A DNA stretch of 64,000 nucleotides from Marine Group II euryarchaeote MED-G38 (GTDB lineage: Archaea > Thermoplasmatota > Poseidoniia > Poseidoniales > Thalassarchaeaceae): NCBI GenBank assembly GCA_002457145.1, contig NTJP01000007.1, positions 28,425 through 92,424 on the forward strand, given 5' to 3'. The stretch's first letter is position 1; every line of letters starts with the position of its first letter. The position numbers were made by a program, and so were the translations under genes. The notes under the pieces were generated by a model. The model was not told the origin of the DNA. It ran no database searches and was given only the letters and a program-made list of their open reading frames with translations. Of this stretch, positions 30,710 to 40,765 are shown one piece after another.

Positions 30710-31990
30710 TTAGACTCCTAAAGCAAGTCTGAAAACATCTCTAAGGCCTGGGGCCATACCCACGACTAGCATGGCCAATCCGATTAGTAATCGTAAATGT
30801 TGTTGTCTATTTTCAAAGTTAGATATAGTAAAGAAATACCATATTAATATGCCTAATCCTAATTTTATTATTACAAATCCTGCAGCTGAATTAAATTGTT
30901 CAATAATCCAAGCAGAAAAAACATGCTTTTCTCTGTAGTTAAAAAAATCAATACCAATCCAAGTTGCTAAGCCATCAAGTAATTGTCCTGCCACAGCCAA
31001 AAATACCACAGGAGATGCCCCTATAGCTTTCTTACGGTGTTCTTCAATGAGATCTTTATCCGGAGAAGTTAGAGCGATATAATCTTCTTCAGTCATTACT
31101 CCCGGAAGTATGCCAGCAATTAGTCCATGTTCTGATAATTCTTTTACAGCAGGAGAACCAATATTATACATAAAATATGCAAGAAATGAGGGGAGTCCGA
31201 TTACAACTATTAATGGCCATAATACTAATTCATTACTAGGAATATGACTTGCATAAGATGATAGTGCACCAAGAAATATCAATGCCCCTCCAAGACCAAC
31301 AGAATAAACAGTTTTCTGGACAGGAGTGAAAACCTTTAATGATTTATTTAGTAACTGTGGTATAAAAATAGCAAACATTCCAATCAACAAAAGTAATGTC
31401 ATATCTATTTCTTGATTAATTACTTTATCACTATTGGATATCGATGACACATACAACAAAAATTGTACTAGAATTAACAAACTAGAAACTAGCTCTATTT
31501 CTCTTTCTAACTTATTCTTATTTTTAGATTTCTTCTCAAGAGTGTATGCCACTGAACCTGCTATAATAACCCAAAGGGCAGTTTGAAAATGAACTCCTGG
31601 GCTAACAAAATATGGAGCGAGGTTCGAATCAAACATTTGTGCATCTTCGACAACTTCTCCAAAAACTGCCCAGAAAACATAAGGGAATAGTGCAATTAAT
31701 GTATAATCACTAGAATCTATATTCAAATATCTCAATAATGCAGCTAATGAAACCACAAACATCGCCAAAATAAATGCATAAGTCATGGTATTAATGGTGT
31801 TATAACCTGCATCTGAGGTTTCTTCGGCAATAATTGGATCTAAGTAGTATTCATAAATAAAATCTGTAAGAGGGTTTTCAAGACTCAAATATGAAAGAAA
31901 TAATCCACAAAAAAATAGTACAAAAGATATTAAAATGATATTTATAGACCATTTTTCATAATCATATAACTCTTCCAAGCGATTAGACAT
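30710..31990 (-). CDS. DUF63-like integral membrane protein
   Basis: GYNTINT.TY, VVEDA, LLDGLAT..GID, EKHV, GMAPGLRD..RLALGV. Confidence 0.78.
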   Translation of the reverse strand: MSNRLEELYDYEKWSINIILISFVLFFCGLFLSYLSLENPLTDFIYEYYLDPIIAEETSDAGYNTINTMTYAFILAMFVVSLAALLRYLNIDSSDYTLIALFPYVFWAVFGEVVEDAQMFDSNLAPYFVSPGVHFQTALWVIIAGSVAYTLEKKSKNKNKLEREIELVSSLLILVQFLLYVSSISNSDKVINQEIDMTLLLLIGMFAIFIPQLLNKSLKVFTPVQKTVYSVGLGGALIFLGALSSYASHIPSNELVLWPLIVVIGLPSFLAYFMYNIGSPAVKELSEHGLIAGILPGVMTEEDYIALTSPDKDLIEEHRKKAIGASPVVFLAVAGQLLDGLATWIGIDFFNYREKHVFSAWIIEQFNSAAGFVIIKLGLGILIWYFFTISNFENRQQHLRLLIGLAMLVVGMAPGLRDVFRLALGV

Positions 31991-32034
31991 TGTGCCGGCG
32001 AAGAGATTATTGCGCTTAGGTGTGGCGGTTTTAT

Positions 32035-32766
32035 TCACTCTTCTTCATATAGTATTTCTTCATCATCTGCAAGTTCCAACATTTCAGATATATCATCCTC
32101 ACTTTGAATATTTACAGGAGAATTAGTAAATTTTCTAGAAGCTTTTCTTCGGGCCTCGGCTAATCCAGGTACTAGTGCATTAAAACCTGAATTAGGCTCA
32201 TCAATTCGATCTTGATGCGAATCCAGACTTCGAGATTGTATGCGTTGTTTTCTTTTATCTTGTTCTAGGCCATATAAGACAGTGCCATGCTCAGAACCCC
32301 TTAATATTCCTTCAATTGCTGGCCCTGCAATAGCTAAACTTTGATCATCTCCGATTATTAAAACCGTAGAGCCATAAATAGATATTTCACAACCAGTTAA
32401 TTCTTCAATTAAACTCCTTATTCTGCCATTGGTACCTATCAGTCTACTTCTCATTCTACGAATCTGATTAGGTTGGCGCCCTACCCATTCTCTGATATCA
32501 TACATCTTTAGAAAAATATCATCATTTAATAATTGTAGGGCTCTTTTTGGTGCTAGACCTCTACCTATTGACATAATTAAATCGGGCATCTTCATACGAA
32601 TTATGGGATCTGAATTCTCTAAATCCCAAGTTATGTTTACCTCACCTGATTGAGAATCTATTTGCAATAATCCGCCGCATGCTTTTTCTATTAATTTACG
32701 AGTTGATCCTCGCTTTCCAATGAGGACTGCGATGCGGTCTTTTGGTATACGCGCCAGATGCTCCAT
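32035..32766 (-). CDS. KH-domain rRNA processing protein (Dim2/Pno1-like)
   Basis: IPKDRIAVLIGKRG, IGRG, RLIGTNG, GSEHGTV; conserved aIF1A-rio1-KH order. Confidence 0.9.
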   Translation of the reverse strand: MEHLARIPKDRIAVLIGKRGSTRKLIEKACGGLLQIDSQSGEVNITWDLENSDPIIRMKMPDLIMSIGRGLAPKRALQLLNDDIFLKMYDIREWVGRQPNQIRRMRSRLIGTNGRIRSLIEELTGCEISIYGSTVLIIGDDQSLAIAGPAIEGILRGSEHGTVLYGLEQDKRKQRIQSRSLDSHQDRIDEPNSGFNALVPGLAEARRKASRKFTNSPVNIQSEDDISEMLELADDEEILYEEE

Positions 32767-32791
32767 GAATCCGGTCAGAGAGTCATATACT

Positions 32792-33673
32792 TTAATCTCC
32801 GCCCGGTAGAGGTTCTAATTTTGGGACTGGTTCATCTAAAACTCTGACTAAACATTCTGCTAAATCCACTGTAAATCCTTTACGATTGATCCATTCTACT
32901 AATCTTGTGATATCTCTGACTAAGAATTCTTCAGCATTTGGATGTTGATTAGTTACTGCTTGGCCAACATCTATAACCCAAATATCTTCATTTTTTATTA
33001 AAATATTATATTCACTAAAATCTGCATGAACTAAATTACATGATTGCCAATTTATTGCTATAATATCTAGAAGTTGAGAAAAAATCTCAAAAGGATTCTT
33101 AACAGATATATCCCTTAATCTTGGGCTAGCTTGTTTTTCACCTATGAATTCCATAATTAATACATTCTTAAAATGAGAAATGGGTAATGGAACTCTTAGA
33201 CCATTTGCTCTCATGCGCTTTAAATTTCTATATTCTTTACGAACCCATATATTGACTAACTCTCTATGACGTCTAGAAAGGCCACCAAATCTTGGATCTC
33301 CATCGATATACTTTGCTAAACTTTTGAAAACAGCATTAGTGGTATGAAATATCTTTACGGCAACCGGTCCATTGTTACTGGTTGCATAAAAAACATGTGC
33401 CTCTTTACCCCTTGCTATTGGATATTCGATAGTCTCAATATCTCCTTTTTGCATCATTTTGTGAATTGCTAGGAGAGTAGAGCTGTCAAATACTTGATCA
33501 AAAACTCGTCTATCTACCCAATCATATCTTCCTTTACCCATTACTCCTTGAAGTCCATGTTCAATTTCATTGAATAATTTCTTAAATCTTGGCTCAGAAA
33601 TCCATTCATGTTTTCTTTCACTTTTCATTAAGGAGTCGAAATCAGGCTCTAAATCCCATTCTTCATCTCTCAT
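32792..33673 (-). CDS. rio1: RIO1-family serine kinase
   Basis: GKEAHVF, AVKIF, W.RKEY.NL, VHADFSEYNIL, IDVGQAV. Confidence 0.93.
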   Translation of the reverse strand: MRDEEWDLEPDFDSLMKSERKHEWISEPRFKKLFNEIEHGLQGVMGKGRYDWVDRRVFDQVFDSSTLLAIHKMMQKGDIETIEYPIARGKEAHVFYATSNNGPVAVKIFHTTNAVFKSLAKYIDGDPRFGGLSRRHRELVNIWVRKEYRNLKRMRANGLRVPLPISHFKNVLIMEFIGEKQASPRLRDISVKNPFEIFSQLLDIIAINWQSCNLVHADFSEYNILIKNEDIWVIDVGQAVTNQHPNAEEFLVRDITRLVEWINRKGFTVDLAECLVRVLDEPVPKLEPLPGGD

Positions 33674-33678
33674 TTAAT

Positions 33679-34200
33679 TCACCCGAAGAACGAGTCAATA
33701 TCATCATTATCATTATTCATTGGAGGTGGATTAATTTCTGGTTCTTTAATTAATTCAGATTCTGAAGTTATCTCTTCGGATAATTCTTCTATTTCTTCAT
33801 TTTCAATTTCTTGTTCTGAAGTAGTTTGAGAATCTTCTGCCATTCCAAATAAGTCAACAATTTCAGGCAATACTCCTTTTCTTGAAAGATAAAGTGATTG
33901 AGTTTTTGTATACCGCATACATACATTGGCTTTTTCATCTTGAAATTCCCATGGTTGAAGTGTTATCAAATCACCTTCTCTTACCCACTGTCTCCTTCGC
34001 ATTTTTCCAGGAATCCTGGCAAGACGAGTTTGCCCGTCTTCACAAATAGAACGTACCCTTCGACCTCCTAGAATCATGTCTGCGATTGCGAACATTTCAT
34101 TCACTTTTCTATTGGGTAAAGGTACACGGATCCTGTCTCCAGTTCCAGATTCAAGACGTGCGAGAAGTTCGGCGTCTACCTTCTCTTCTCTACGGGCCAC
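33679..34200 (-). CDS. eif1a: Translation initiation factor aIF-1A with long acidic tail
   Basis: CEDG.TRLARIPGKMRRRQWVREGD, PWEFQDEK. GTG 34200 behind GAGGT. Confidence 0.93.
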   Translation of the reverse strand: MARREEKVDAELLARLESGTGDRIRVPLPNRKVNEMFAIADMILGGRRVRSICEDGQTRLARIPGKMRRRQWVREGDLITLQPWEFQDEKANVCMRYTKTQSLYLSRKGVLPEIVDLFGMAEDSQTTSEQEIENEEIEELSEEITSESELIKEPEINPPPMNNDNDDIDSFFG

Positions 34201-34250
34201 ATACCTCGGTCGGTAGACTCCTATGTGAACTTGAGCATGATTCATCTAAG

Positions 34251-35939
34251 TTAGACCAAGGATTGAGCTGCTTCATTAACAATTTCAAGTAATATCTCCG
34301 ACAAAGGACCGATGCCAAATAAGATAGTGAAAATTGCACATATAATTATTGTAATTCTTAAATAAATAGATTTTTCTAATGGTTTTGAAGATACTGGCTC
34401 TTCAAAGAACATAATTAACCCTATCCTTAGATAATAGAATAATGAAATTGCACTATTAATTACTATAGAAATGGCTAACCAGAAAATTATATTTACACTA
34501 CTAGCCCAATTCAAGATTGTTGCCGAAGATAAACTTCCTGTGCCTGCAGAGATGTTGACTATTCCATTAATCATCAAAAGCTTAGATAAGAAACCCGATA
34601 ATGGAGGGATACCTGCTAATGAAAGCATAAAAATAAACATAGAAACGGCAATTGTAGAATCTCTACGTGCTAATCCCTTTAAACCATCCATATTATGACT
34701 TAGGCCCTCTTTTTCAAGTAGGCTAAGTACTAAGAATGCACCTAATTTGAATAATACTAGTATTGTTAGATGGAATATTACTGCAGTGATTATCAAAATG
34801 TTTGAGTTTTGAGTTCCAAGGCCGCTGCCTATTGCGGCTATAGCAGCAAGCATATATCCTGCATGGGCTACACTGGAGTATGCCAACATTCTTTTTGGAT
34901 TATCACTAGTTAATGCAGCAAAATTACCCCATGTCATTGTGATTACTGAAATTATTACAATTGCAATCATCCAATAGGCTTCTGTACCTTCTTCTGGCAA
35001 GGTCACAATAAACAAAATTTTCATTATTGCTACAAATCCCATGGCTTTCGATGCAGTAGCAAGTAATCCGGCAATAGGAGATGATGCTCCTGAATATGCA
35101 TCAGGAGTTGCCAAATGGAATGGTGCAGCACCCACTTTGAAACCAAATGCAACGAGCATAAGGCCCATGCCTATGCCTGCCATGGGATCGAGGATTTCCA
35201 TGGATGACCAAGAATTACTAAGAGAATTAATTTGTAGATCTCCATTCCATAAATACAGCAATGACATTCCATAAATTCCAACAGCAGATGCAACCGATCC
35301 TACAATGAAATATTTTGTTCCAGCCTCTCCTCCTATATCTTTCTCTTTGTAAAAACCTACAAGAACATATGATGATAAAGAAGCTAACTCAAGGCTAACA
35401 AAGAGTAAAAATAAATGAGTGGATTTAGACATTAAGCACATGCCAAGTCCTACCATTGATAGAAGAATGTAGAAATCTACTTGACGGCGGTTATTCATCA
35501 ATATATTTATTTTAGTTGATACTGAATCTATTGAATCGGAATTTTTAGGAATCTTAGGATCTTTTCTAGGAGGCATTACATAGAAAGTGGCTATGGAAGT
35601 GATAAGTAGAGTTGAGGTAAAAATTAATGAAAATAGATTTGTGAATTGATTGATTTCCATTATTTCTCCAACATTACCATTTGTTTCGCCTTGGATCATT
35701 ACCAATGAAACGATAAATGAAAGAGAGAAAGTGAATATTGCTATTATGCTAGGAATATATGGGTTATTCACTTGATTGAATCTAGTTCCTCCAATTAAGA
35801 CCGGTATAGAAGTATTAGTAAGAGGTATTCGTATCTTAGCATCACCCAAATTAGGCATTATTATCATTGCCAATATCCCAATAATCATCATAATTTCTGG
35901 GATTAATAATTCAATTGAAATATCACTTAAAGAACTCAT
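34251..35939 (-). CDS. nuoN: Complex I-like antiporter subunit N
   Basis: LELASL, EAGTKYF, FKVGAAPFH..PDAY, KRMLAYSSVAH. Confidence 0.93.
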   Translation of the reverse strand: MSSLSDISIELLIPEIMMIIGILAMIIMPNLGDAKIRIPLTNTSIPVLIGGTRFNQVNNPYIPSIIAIFTFSLSFIVSLVMIQGETNGNVGEIMEINQFTNLFSLIFTSTLLITSIATFYVMPPRKDPKIPKNSDSIDSVSTKINILMNNRRQVDFYILLSMVGLGMCLMSKSTHLFLLFVSLELASLSSYVLVGFYKEKDIGGEAGTKYFIVGSVASAVGIYGMSLLYLWNGDLQINSLSNSWSSMEILDPMAGIGMGLMLVAFGFKVGAAPFHLATPDAYSGASSPIAGLLATASKAMGFVAIMKILFIVTLPEEGTEAYWMIAIVIISVITMTWGNFAALTSDNPKRMLAYSSVAHAGYMLAAIAAIGSGLGTQNSNILIITAVIFHLTILVLFKLGAFLVLSLLEKEGLSHNMDGLKGLARRDSTIAVSMFIFMLSLAGIPPLSGFLSKLLMINGIVNISAGTGSLSSATILNWASSVNIIFWLAISIVINSAISLFYYLRIGLIMFFEEPVSSKPLEKSIYLRITIIICAIFTILFGIGPLSEILLEIVNEAAQSLV

Positions 35940-37570
35940 TTGAATGCCTCCAAAATCCAACCTAAGCTTGGCCTCCAGATATTGTTATTTTGCATGGCAT
36001 CAATCATAATTTCAGTCATAAATTCTGTACTCCATACTGACATCATATCCCAGAAAATAAATGGAAATATACCAAAAATAATTGTGAAAATACCTAATAT
36101 AAACATACCTGTGTTTTCATGCCAAGTAACATCACGAGGTTTGTCACCATGTAGGCTATCTGGTAATATTCCTTGATGAGGATTATCGGACTCAAAAATT
36201 GTACGCTGCATTGACGTTAGATAATATGTTGCAGTTATCACCAGAGTTAAGGTTGGCAACATTACTAACCATCCAAAAGATAGCCAAAAAGCAATTAATA
36301 TTGCAACTTCTGCTACGAAACCTGCCATTAAAGGCAAACCTAAACTAGCCATCCAACCCAACATCATATGCCCCGATAAAAATGGTGAGTGGTGTGCTAT
36401 TCCTCTCATGGAACCGATTTCTAATGTATGATAATGATGTTTGAAAGATCCTGCGACAGCGAATAATAGTGGACTTATTATTCCGTGTGCAAACATCATG
36501 AATAATGCACCAGCAAATCCAAGGGGTTGCATCGTTGCTATTCCAAGAAATATTAACCCCATGTGTGAGACTGAAGAATATGCAACCATTCTCTTGAGAT
36601 TGGTTTGTCCCATGCACACCCATGCACCATAAACTAAACTTGCCATCCCTAAGAAAACTAAGAGTGGAATAAATATAATTGTAGATTCAGGGAAAATAGT
36701 AACTGCAACTCTAAGAAAACCATATGCACCCATTTTTAGCATAACTCCAGCCAATAACATAGACCCAGCCGTTGGTGCCTGAACGTGCGCATCAGGTAGC
36801 CATGTGTGAACTGGTACACTAGGCATTTTTGTTGCAAAACCTATTAGTAAAAGTATCCAAACAAAATGTCTAAGGCCTTCATTTGGCATGAAATTGCCTT
36901 GGATGGACATCTGGACAAGGTCAAAATGATGGCCCGTCATACTTCCAATTCCAGGCAATGGAGTAGTATGGAAATACATTATTAGTATTCCTATGAGCAT
37001 AAATACACTTGCAGTAAATGTATAGATAAAGAATTTCATCGCAGCATACTTTCTATCTTCGCCACCCCATAATAGAATAAGTAAGAACATTGGTATTAAT
37101 GTTAATTCCCAAAAAACATAGAAAACAAACAAATCTAATGAAACGAAAACTCCTAACAAAGCACCTTCCATTATCAATATTAAAGGATGAAAAATATGTC
37201 CTTTCTTTGCATCCCATTCCACTAGCATGGATATCGGAATTAAAAATGCAGTTAACCATATCATTGGAAATGAAAGGGCATCCGCGCCGACTTTCCACTG
37301 GACTCCTATTGATGAAATAAGGGAAAATTGTTCATTCTTTAGGACATATTCCCCATGTAATAGATTTGTCCATTCTACATTACCAATTGTTCCAATGAAA
37401 ATCATAGTTGCAATAGCAAACATGGCCAAAGCAATTCCCATACATATATTACGGGTAATCTTTTTCAAATTAGAACTCATTTCTTTAGGCAATATTTGAG
37501 GCAGAATAATTAATGTTATACCTGTGAACAGGGGCACGAGTGTTAATATTGACAAGATATCTAAGTTCAT
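35936..37570 (-). CDS. nuoM: Complex I-like antiporter subunit M
   Basis: FWELTLIPM, AAMKFFIYT, HTWLPDAHVQAPT, LKMGAYG. Confidence 0.95.
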   Translation of the reverse strand: MNLDILSILTLVPLFTGITLIILPQILPKEMSSNLKKITRNICMGIALAMFAIATMIFIGTIGNVEWTNLLHGEYVLKNEQFSLISSIGVQWKVGADALSFPMIWLTAFLIPISMLVEWDAKKGHIFHPLILIMEGALLGVFVSLDLFVFYVFWELTLIPMFLLILLWGGEDRKYAAMKFFIYTFTASVFMLIGILIMYFHTTPLPGIGSMTGHHFDLVQMSIQGNFMPNEGLRHFVWILLLIGFATKMPSVPVHTWLPDAHVQAPTAGSMLLAGVMLKMGAYGFLRVAVTIFPESTIIFIPLLVFLGMASLVYGAWVCMGQTNLKRMVAYSSVSHMGLIFLGIATMQPLGFAGALFMMFAHGIISPLLFAVAGSFKHHYHTLEIGSMRGIAHHSPFLSGHMMLGWMASLGLPLMAGFVAEVAILIAFWLSFGWLVMLPTLTLVITATYYLTSMQRTIFESDNPHQGILPDSLHGDKPRDVTWHENTGMFILGIFTIIFGIFPFIFWDMMSVWSTEFMTEIMIDAMQNNNIWRPSLGWILEAFK

Positions 37571-39843
37571 GCATTGACCCCCCATATTAATATGAATATT
37601 GAAATCATACCAACTGCAGCCATCAAGATATAATCTCGAGCACTTCCGGTAGTTATTTTCCTTATTTGTATTGAGCTTGAAACAGATATGGATTCTACTT
37701 GTTTTATTATTCCATCAATTATTATACGATCGAACCATGCAGATAAGTTAGCGAATGGGATAATAGTTTTTGAAATCAAATATTCATAAATATCATCAAA
37801 ATATAATCTATTTTGTAATGCCTCTGAGAATTGTGATTTTGACATATTTTCTACATCTTGATGGCCAAATTTACTTGAAAGTATTACTAGCCAATTAATT
37901 GGTACAATAGCTTTCATTCCTTTTTGTAATTTTCCCCCATGAACTCTTGCAGCGATCAGAGGGCCGATAATAAAGGAAAGTAATATTGTTGTCCAACCAA
38001 CAATTCTTGTAGTCATATCAGAGGGAAGGAAAGCATGCTCTAGTGTGTATAAAAATCCATGCATCTCTAAATGATCAGTATCTGCTGATAGGAAATGTAT
38101 GATATCCAAAAGAGCTAGTCCAAAACCTCCAATCGCTGTTATAACTGTAAGAATCAATAATGGTTCTCTAATCCAAGGTGTAGATTCATGCACATGATTT
38201 ACAACATCGTTTTTAGGTTCTCCCGCAAAAGTCATCAACCACATCCTTGACATATAAAAACCGGTCATTCCTGCGGTAGCAAGAATAAGTATAGCAGGAA
38301 TTAACATTAATGGCTCATATTCGATTGCTGCTTTCCAAGTCTCAGCAATAATTCCTTCTTTAGACCAAAAACCACCAATAAGAGGGACTCCAATGATTGA
38401 CATAGATCCAAACATCATTGCTGTAGCAGTAATTGGCATTTTTGAAGCTAGGCCACCCATATTACGCATATCTTGAGGATCAAAGTCATGATCATGTGAT
38501 CCTTCATTATTCATATGATCATGTGCATGATGCATTTCATGAATAACTGAACCACTAGCCATGAACAACATACCTTTTGCCATGGCGTGATTGAACAAAT
38601 GGAACATTGAAGCCCCAAATGCAATCATTGCTGCATGATGATGGTCAGTATTATAGAACCAAAGAGCAACTCCTAGGCCAGTGAATATATATGCTAATTG
38701 ACTCATAGTAGAGTATGCAAGAACTTTCTTGATATCATTTTGAACAAATGCAATTAATGCAGCCATGAATGCTGTTATCCCTCCTATGAATGCAATAATT
38801 ATTCCTAGATTTTCTAAACCTGATACTCCATTATAATGTACATCAACGAAAGGGACCATTCTAGCAACCAAATATAATCCAGCATTTACCATAGTTGCAG
38901 CATGTATCAATGCAGACACGGGAGTTGGCCCCTCCATAGCGTCCGGCAACCAGACATGTAATGGAAATTGTGCAGACTTTCCAACTGCTCCAACAAATAA
39001 TAATAATAAAGCCCAAAATAATTGATTAGAATCTACTAACGCTCCTGCCACCCCTGTTGACGGATCATCAAAAATTACTTCAAAGTCTAAAGATCCATAG
39101 ATGTCATAAAGAATAAATAATCCAACCATCAAGAAAACGTCTCCTATTCTAGTTGTAAGGAATGCTTTTTTTGCTGCATAAGCAGCACTAACTTTCCAAT
39201 AATAAAAACCAATTAAAAGATAAGAACAAAGTCCCATGATTTCCCAAAATATGAATAGCCAAAGGAAGCTATCTGCCATTACCATCCCAAACATCCCCAT
39301 ACTGAATAATACAAATTCTGCATAAAAACGATGGTTTCTATCTTCATTTATTGGATCTGTATTCATATAACCCATGCTAAACCAACATATTAGGAAGCAA
39401 AGAAAAGTTGCAACAAATAAGATCATCAAAGTTACCTGGTCTATCCAAATACCCACTCCAATTATTCTAATTTCTTCTGAAATAGTAAAATCAGACTGTA
39501 AGAAATCAAAGGTTATCCATTCGAACCAAGTAAGTATAGATTGATCTGTAAAATTATAAGATCCATAAAGGTAATCAAACAAAATCCAAAGTGCTATAGT
39601 AAGAGAAACTGCAAGTGCACCTAATGCTAATATTCCTCCTTCTTTCCATTTATTTTTCCAAACTTTATTTTTATTGAAAATTTGACCAATGATGAGAATT
39701 GTTGGGAATATTAACAATGGAACTGTAACAATTAAAAATGCTGCATCTACTGAATCCCAACCTATTATTTTTAGGAATGGCGCCAACAGAAGTATAGGAA
39801 TTAATGGGTAGAGTAACGGATATTCATGTTTTACCTGGTCCAT
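37567..39843 (-). CDS. nuoL: Complex I-like antiporter subunit L
   Basis: WEIMGLCSYLLIGF, GKSAQFPLHVWLPDAMEGPTPVSALIHAATMV. Confidence 0.96.
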   Translation of the reverse strand: MDQVKHEYPLLYPLIPILLLAPFLKIIGWDSVDAAFLIVTVPLLIFPTILIIGQIFNKNKVWKNKWKEGGILALGALAVSLTIALWILFDYLYGSYNFTDQSILTWFEWITFDFLQSDFTISEEIRIIGVGIWIDQVTLMILFVATFLCFLICWFSMGYMNTDPINEDRNHRFYAEFVLFSMGMFGMVMADSFLWLFIFWEIMGLCSYLLIGFYYWKVSAAYAAKKAFLTTRIGDVFLMVGLFILYDIYGSLDFEVIFDDPSTGVAGALVDSNQLFWALLLLFVGAVGKSAQFPLHVWLPDAMEGPTPVSALIHAATMVNAGLYLVARMVPFVDVHYNGVSGLENLGIIIAFIGGITAFMAALIAFVQNDIKKVLAYSTMSQLAYIFTGLGVALWFYNTDHHHAAMIAFGASMFHLFNHAMAKGMLFMASGSVIHEMHHAHDHMNNEGSHDHDFDPQDMRNMGGLASKMPITATAMMFGSMSIIGVPLIGGFWSKEGIIAETWKAAIEYEPLMLIPAILILATAGMTGFYMSRMWLMTFAGEPKNDVVNHVHESTPWIREPLLILTVITAIGGFGLALLDIIHFLSADTDHLEMHGFLYTLEHAFLPSDMTTRIVGWTTILLSFIIGPLIAARVHGGKLQKGMKAIVPINWLVILSSKFGHQDVENMSKSQFSEALQNRLYFDDIYEYLISKTIIPFANLSAWFDRIIIDGIIKQVESISVSSSIQIRKITTGSARDYILMAAVGMISIFILIWGVNA

Positions 39844-39852
39844 AATTTCACC

Positions 39853-40155
39853 TCAGTTTCTTAGTATATTTGCATCATCTAAGGAAATAGTTTCCTGAGT
39901 ACTGTACATCGATAGTAAAATAGCCAAACCGATAGCAACTTCTGCTGCTGCAATAGCGATGGCGATAGCGGTGAATACCCATCCATTTACATCTCCATAA
40001 TACATCGCCCCTGCAACAAAATTTAGATTTGCGGAATTTAACATTAATTCTATACACATTAAAACGACTATGGCATTTTTATGATAAAAAGTTCCTAGAA
40101 GACCTATGCCGAATAGTATTACACCTAAACCTACTATCCAACTAGGGTCTATCAT
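39853..40155 (-). CDS. nuoK: Complex I-like subunit K
   Basis: IELMLN, AAAEVAIGLA. Confidence 0.95.
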   Translation of the reverse strand: MIDPSWIVGLGVILFGIGLLGTFYHKNAIVVLMCIELMLNSANLNFVAGAMYYGDVNGWVFTAIAIAIAAAEVAIGLAILLSMYSTQETISLDDANILRN

Positions 40156-40493
40156 TATTCTTCCTCCATTGTTTGGGAATCTTTGGTAAATTTTTTGAAT
40201 TTGCTTATATTTTCTAATTCTTCAGAGACATCGCCTCTAATATCCCATACGAGATTTATTAATCGTTCATCTCTAACCAAGTATGAAGCCCCAATCATCG
40301 CCATTGCTAGAAGGATTCCTAGTATTATAGTAGCAATTGCCCATTCATTGAAGATGGCGTCGGCAAAATCAAGAGTTGTTGGTGAATTAGGTGAAATATC
40401 TTGATTCCACATTGAATGTGAGTTTACTTCTTGTAACAATAAAAGTACAAAAACAAAAGTCCCCAGTGAAGTCGAAGCAGTAATTACTCTCAT
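40155..40493 (-). CDS. nuoJ: Complex I-like subunit J, C-terminal half (split gene)
   Basis: IF..W...ILGILLAMAMIGA..L pattern; position between J1 and K. Confidence 0.8.
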   Translation of the reverse strand: MRVITASTSLGTFVFVLLLLQEVNSHSMWNQDISPNSPTTLDFADAIFNEWAIATIILGILLAMAMIGASYLVRDERLINLVWDIRGDVSEELENISKFKKFTKDSQTMEEE

Positions 40494-40765
40494 TAGTAAT
40501 CAACCTCTAATATTTTACGTCTAGTCAACATAACGCCAAACTGAACTACCAACATTACAGATCCAAGATATACAAGAATCTGTATTGCTGCCAACATTTC
40601 AGCCCCGGCTAAAACAAATACACCTGCAACTGCAATAAATGTCAACATCAAGGAGAGTAATGAGTGGGCAACTCTCTTTGAAAAAACACAACCAAGAGCG
40701 CCCAATATAGCTAATGAAGAAAGAATAACGAATGCAATCGCATGAAAATCGATAGCCAATGTCAC
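40493..40765 (-). CDS. nuoJ: Complex I-like subunit J, N-terminal half (split gene)
   Basis: AEMLAAIQILVYLGSVM..FGVMLT. Confidence 0.88.
   Translation of the reverse strand: MTLAIDFHAIAFVILSSLAILGALGCVFSKRVAHSLLSLMLTFIAVAGVFVLAGAEMLAAIQILVYLGSVMLVVQFGVMLTRRKILEVDY

Noticed and set aside
40155..40765. Split nuoJ as a frameshift pseudogene
   Set aside because: Stop and start overlap (TAATG) with a GAGG SD upstream, and split J subunits are known in archaeal complex I-like operons.
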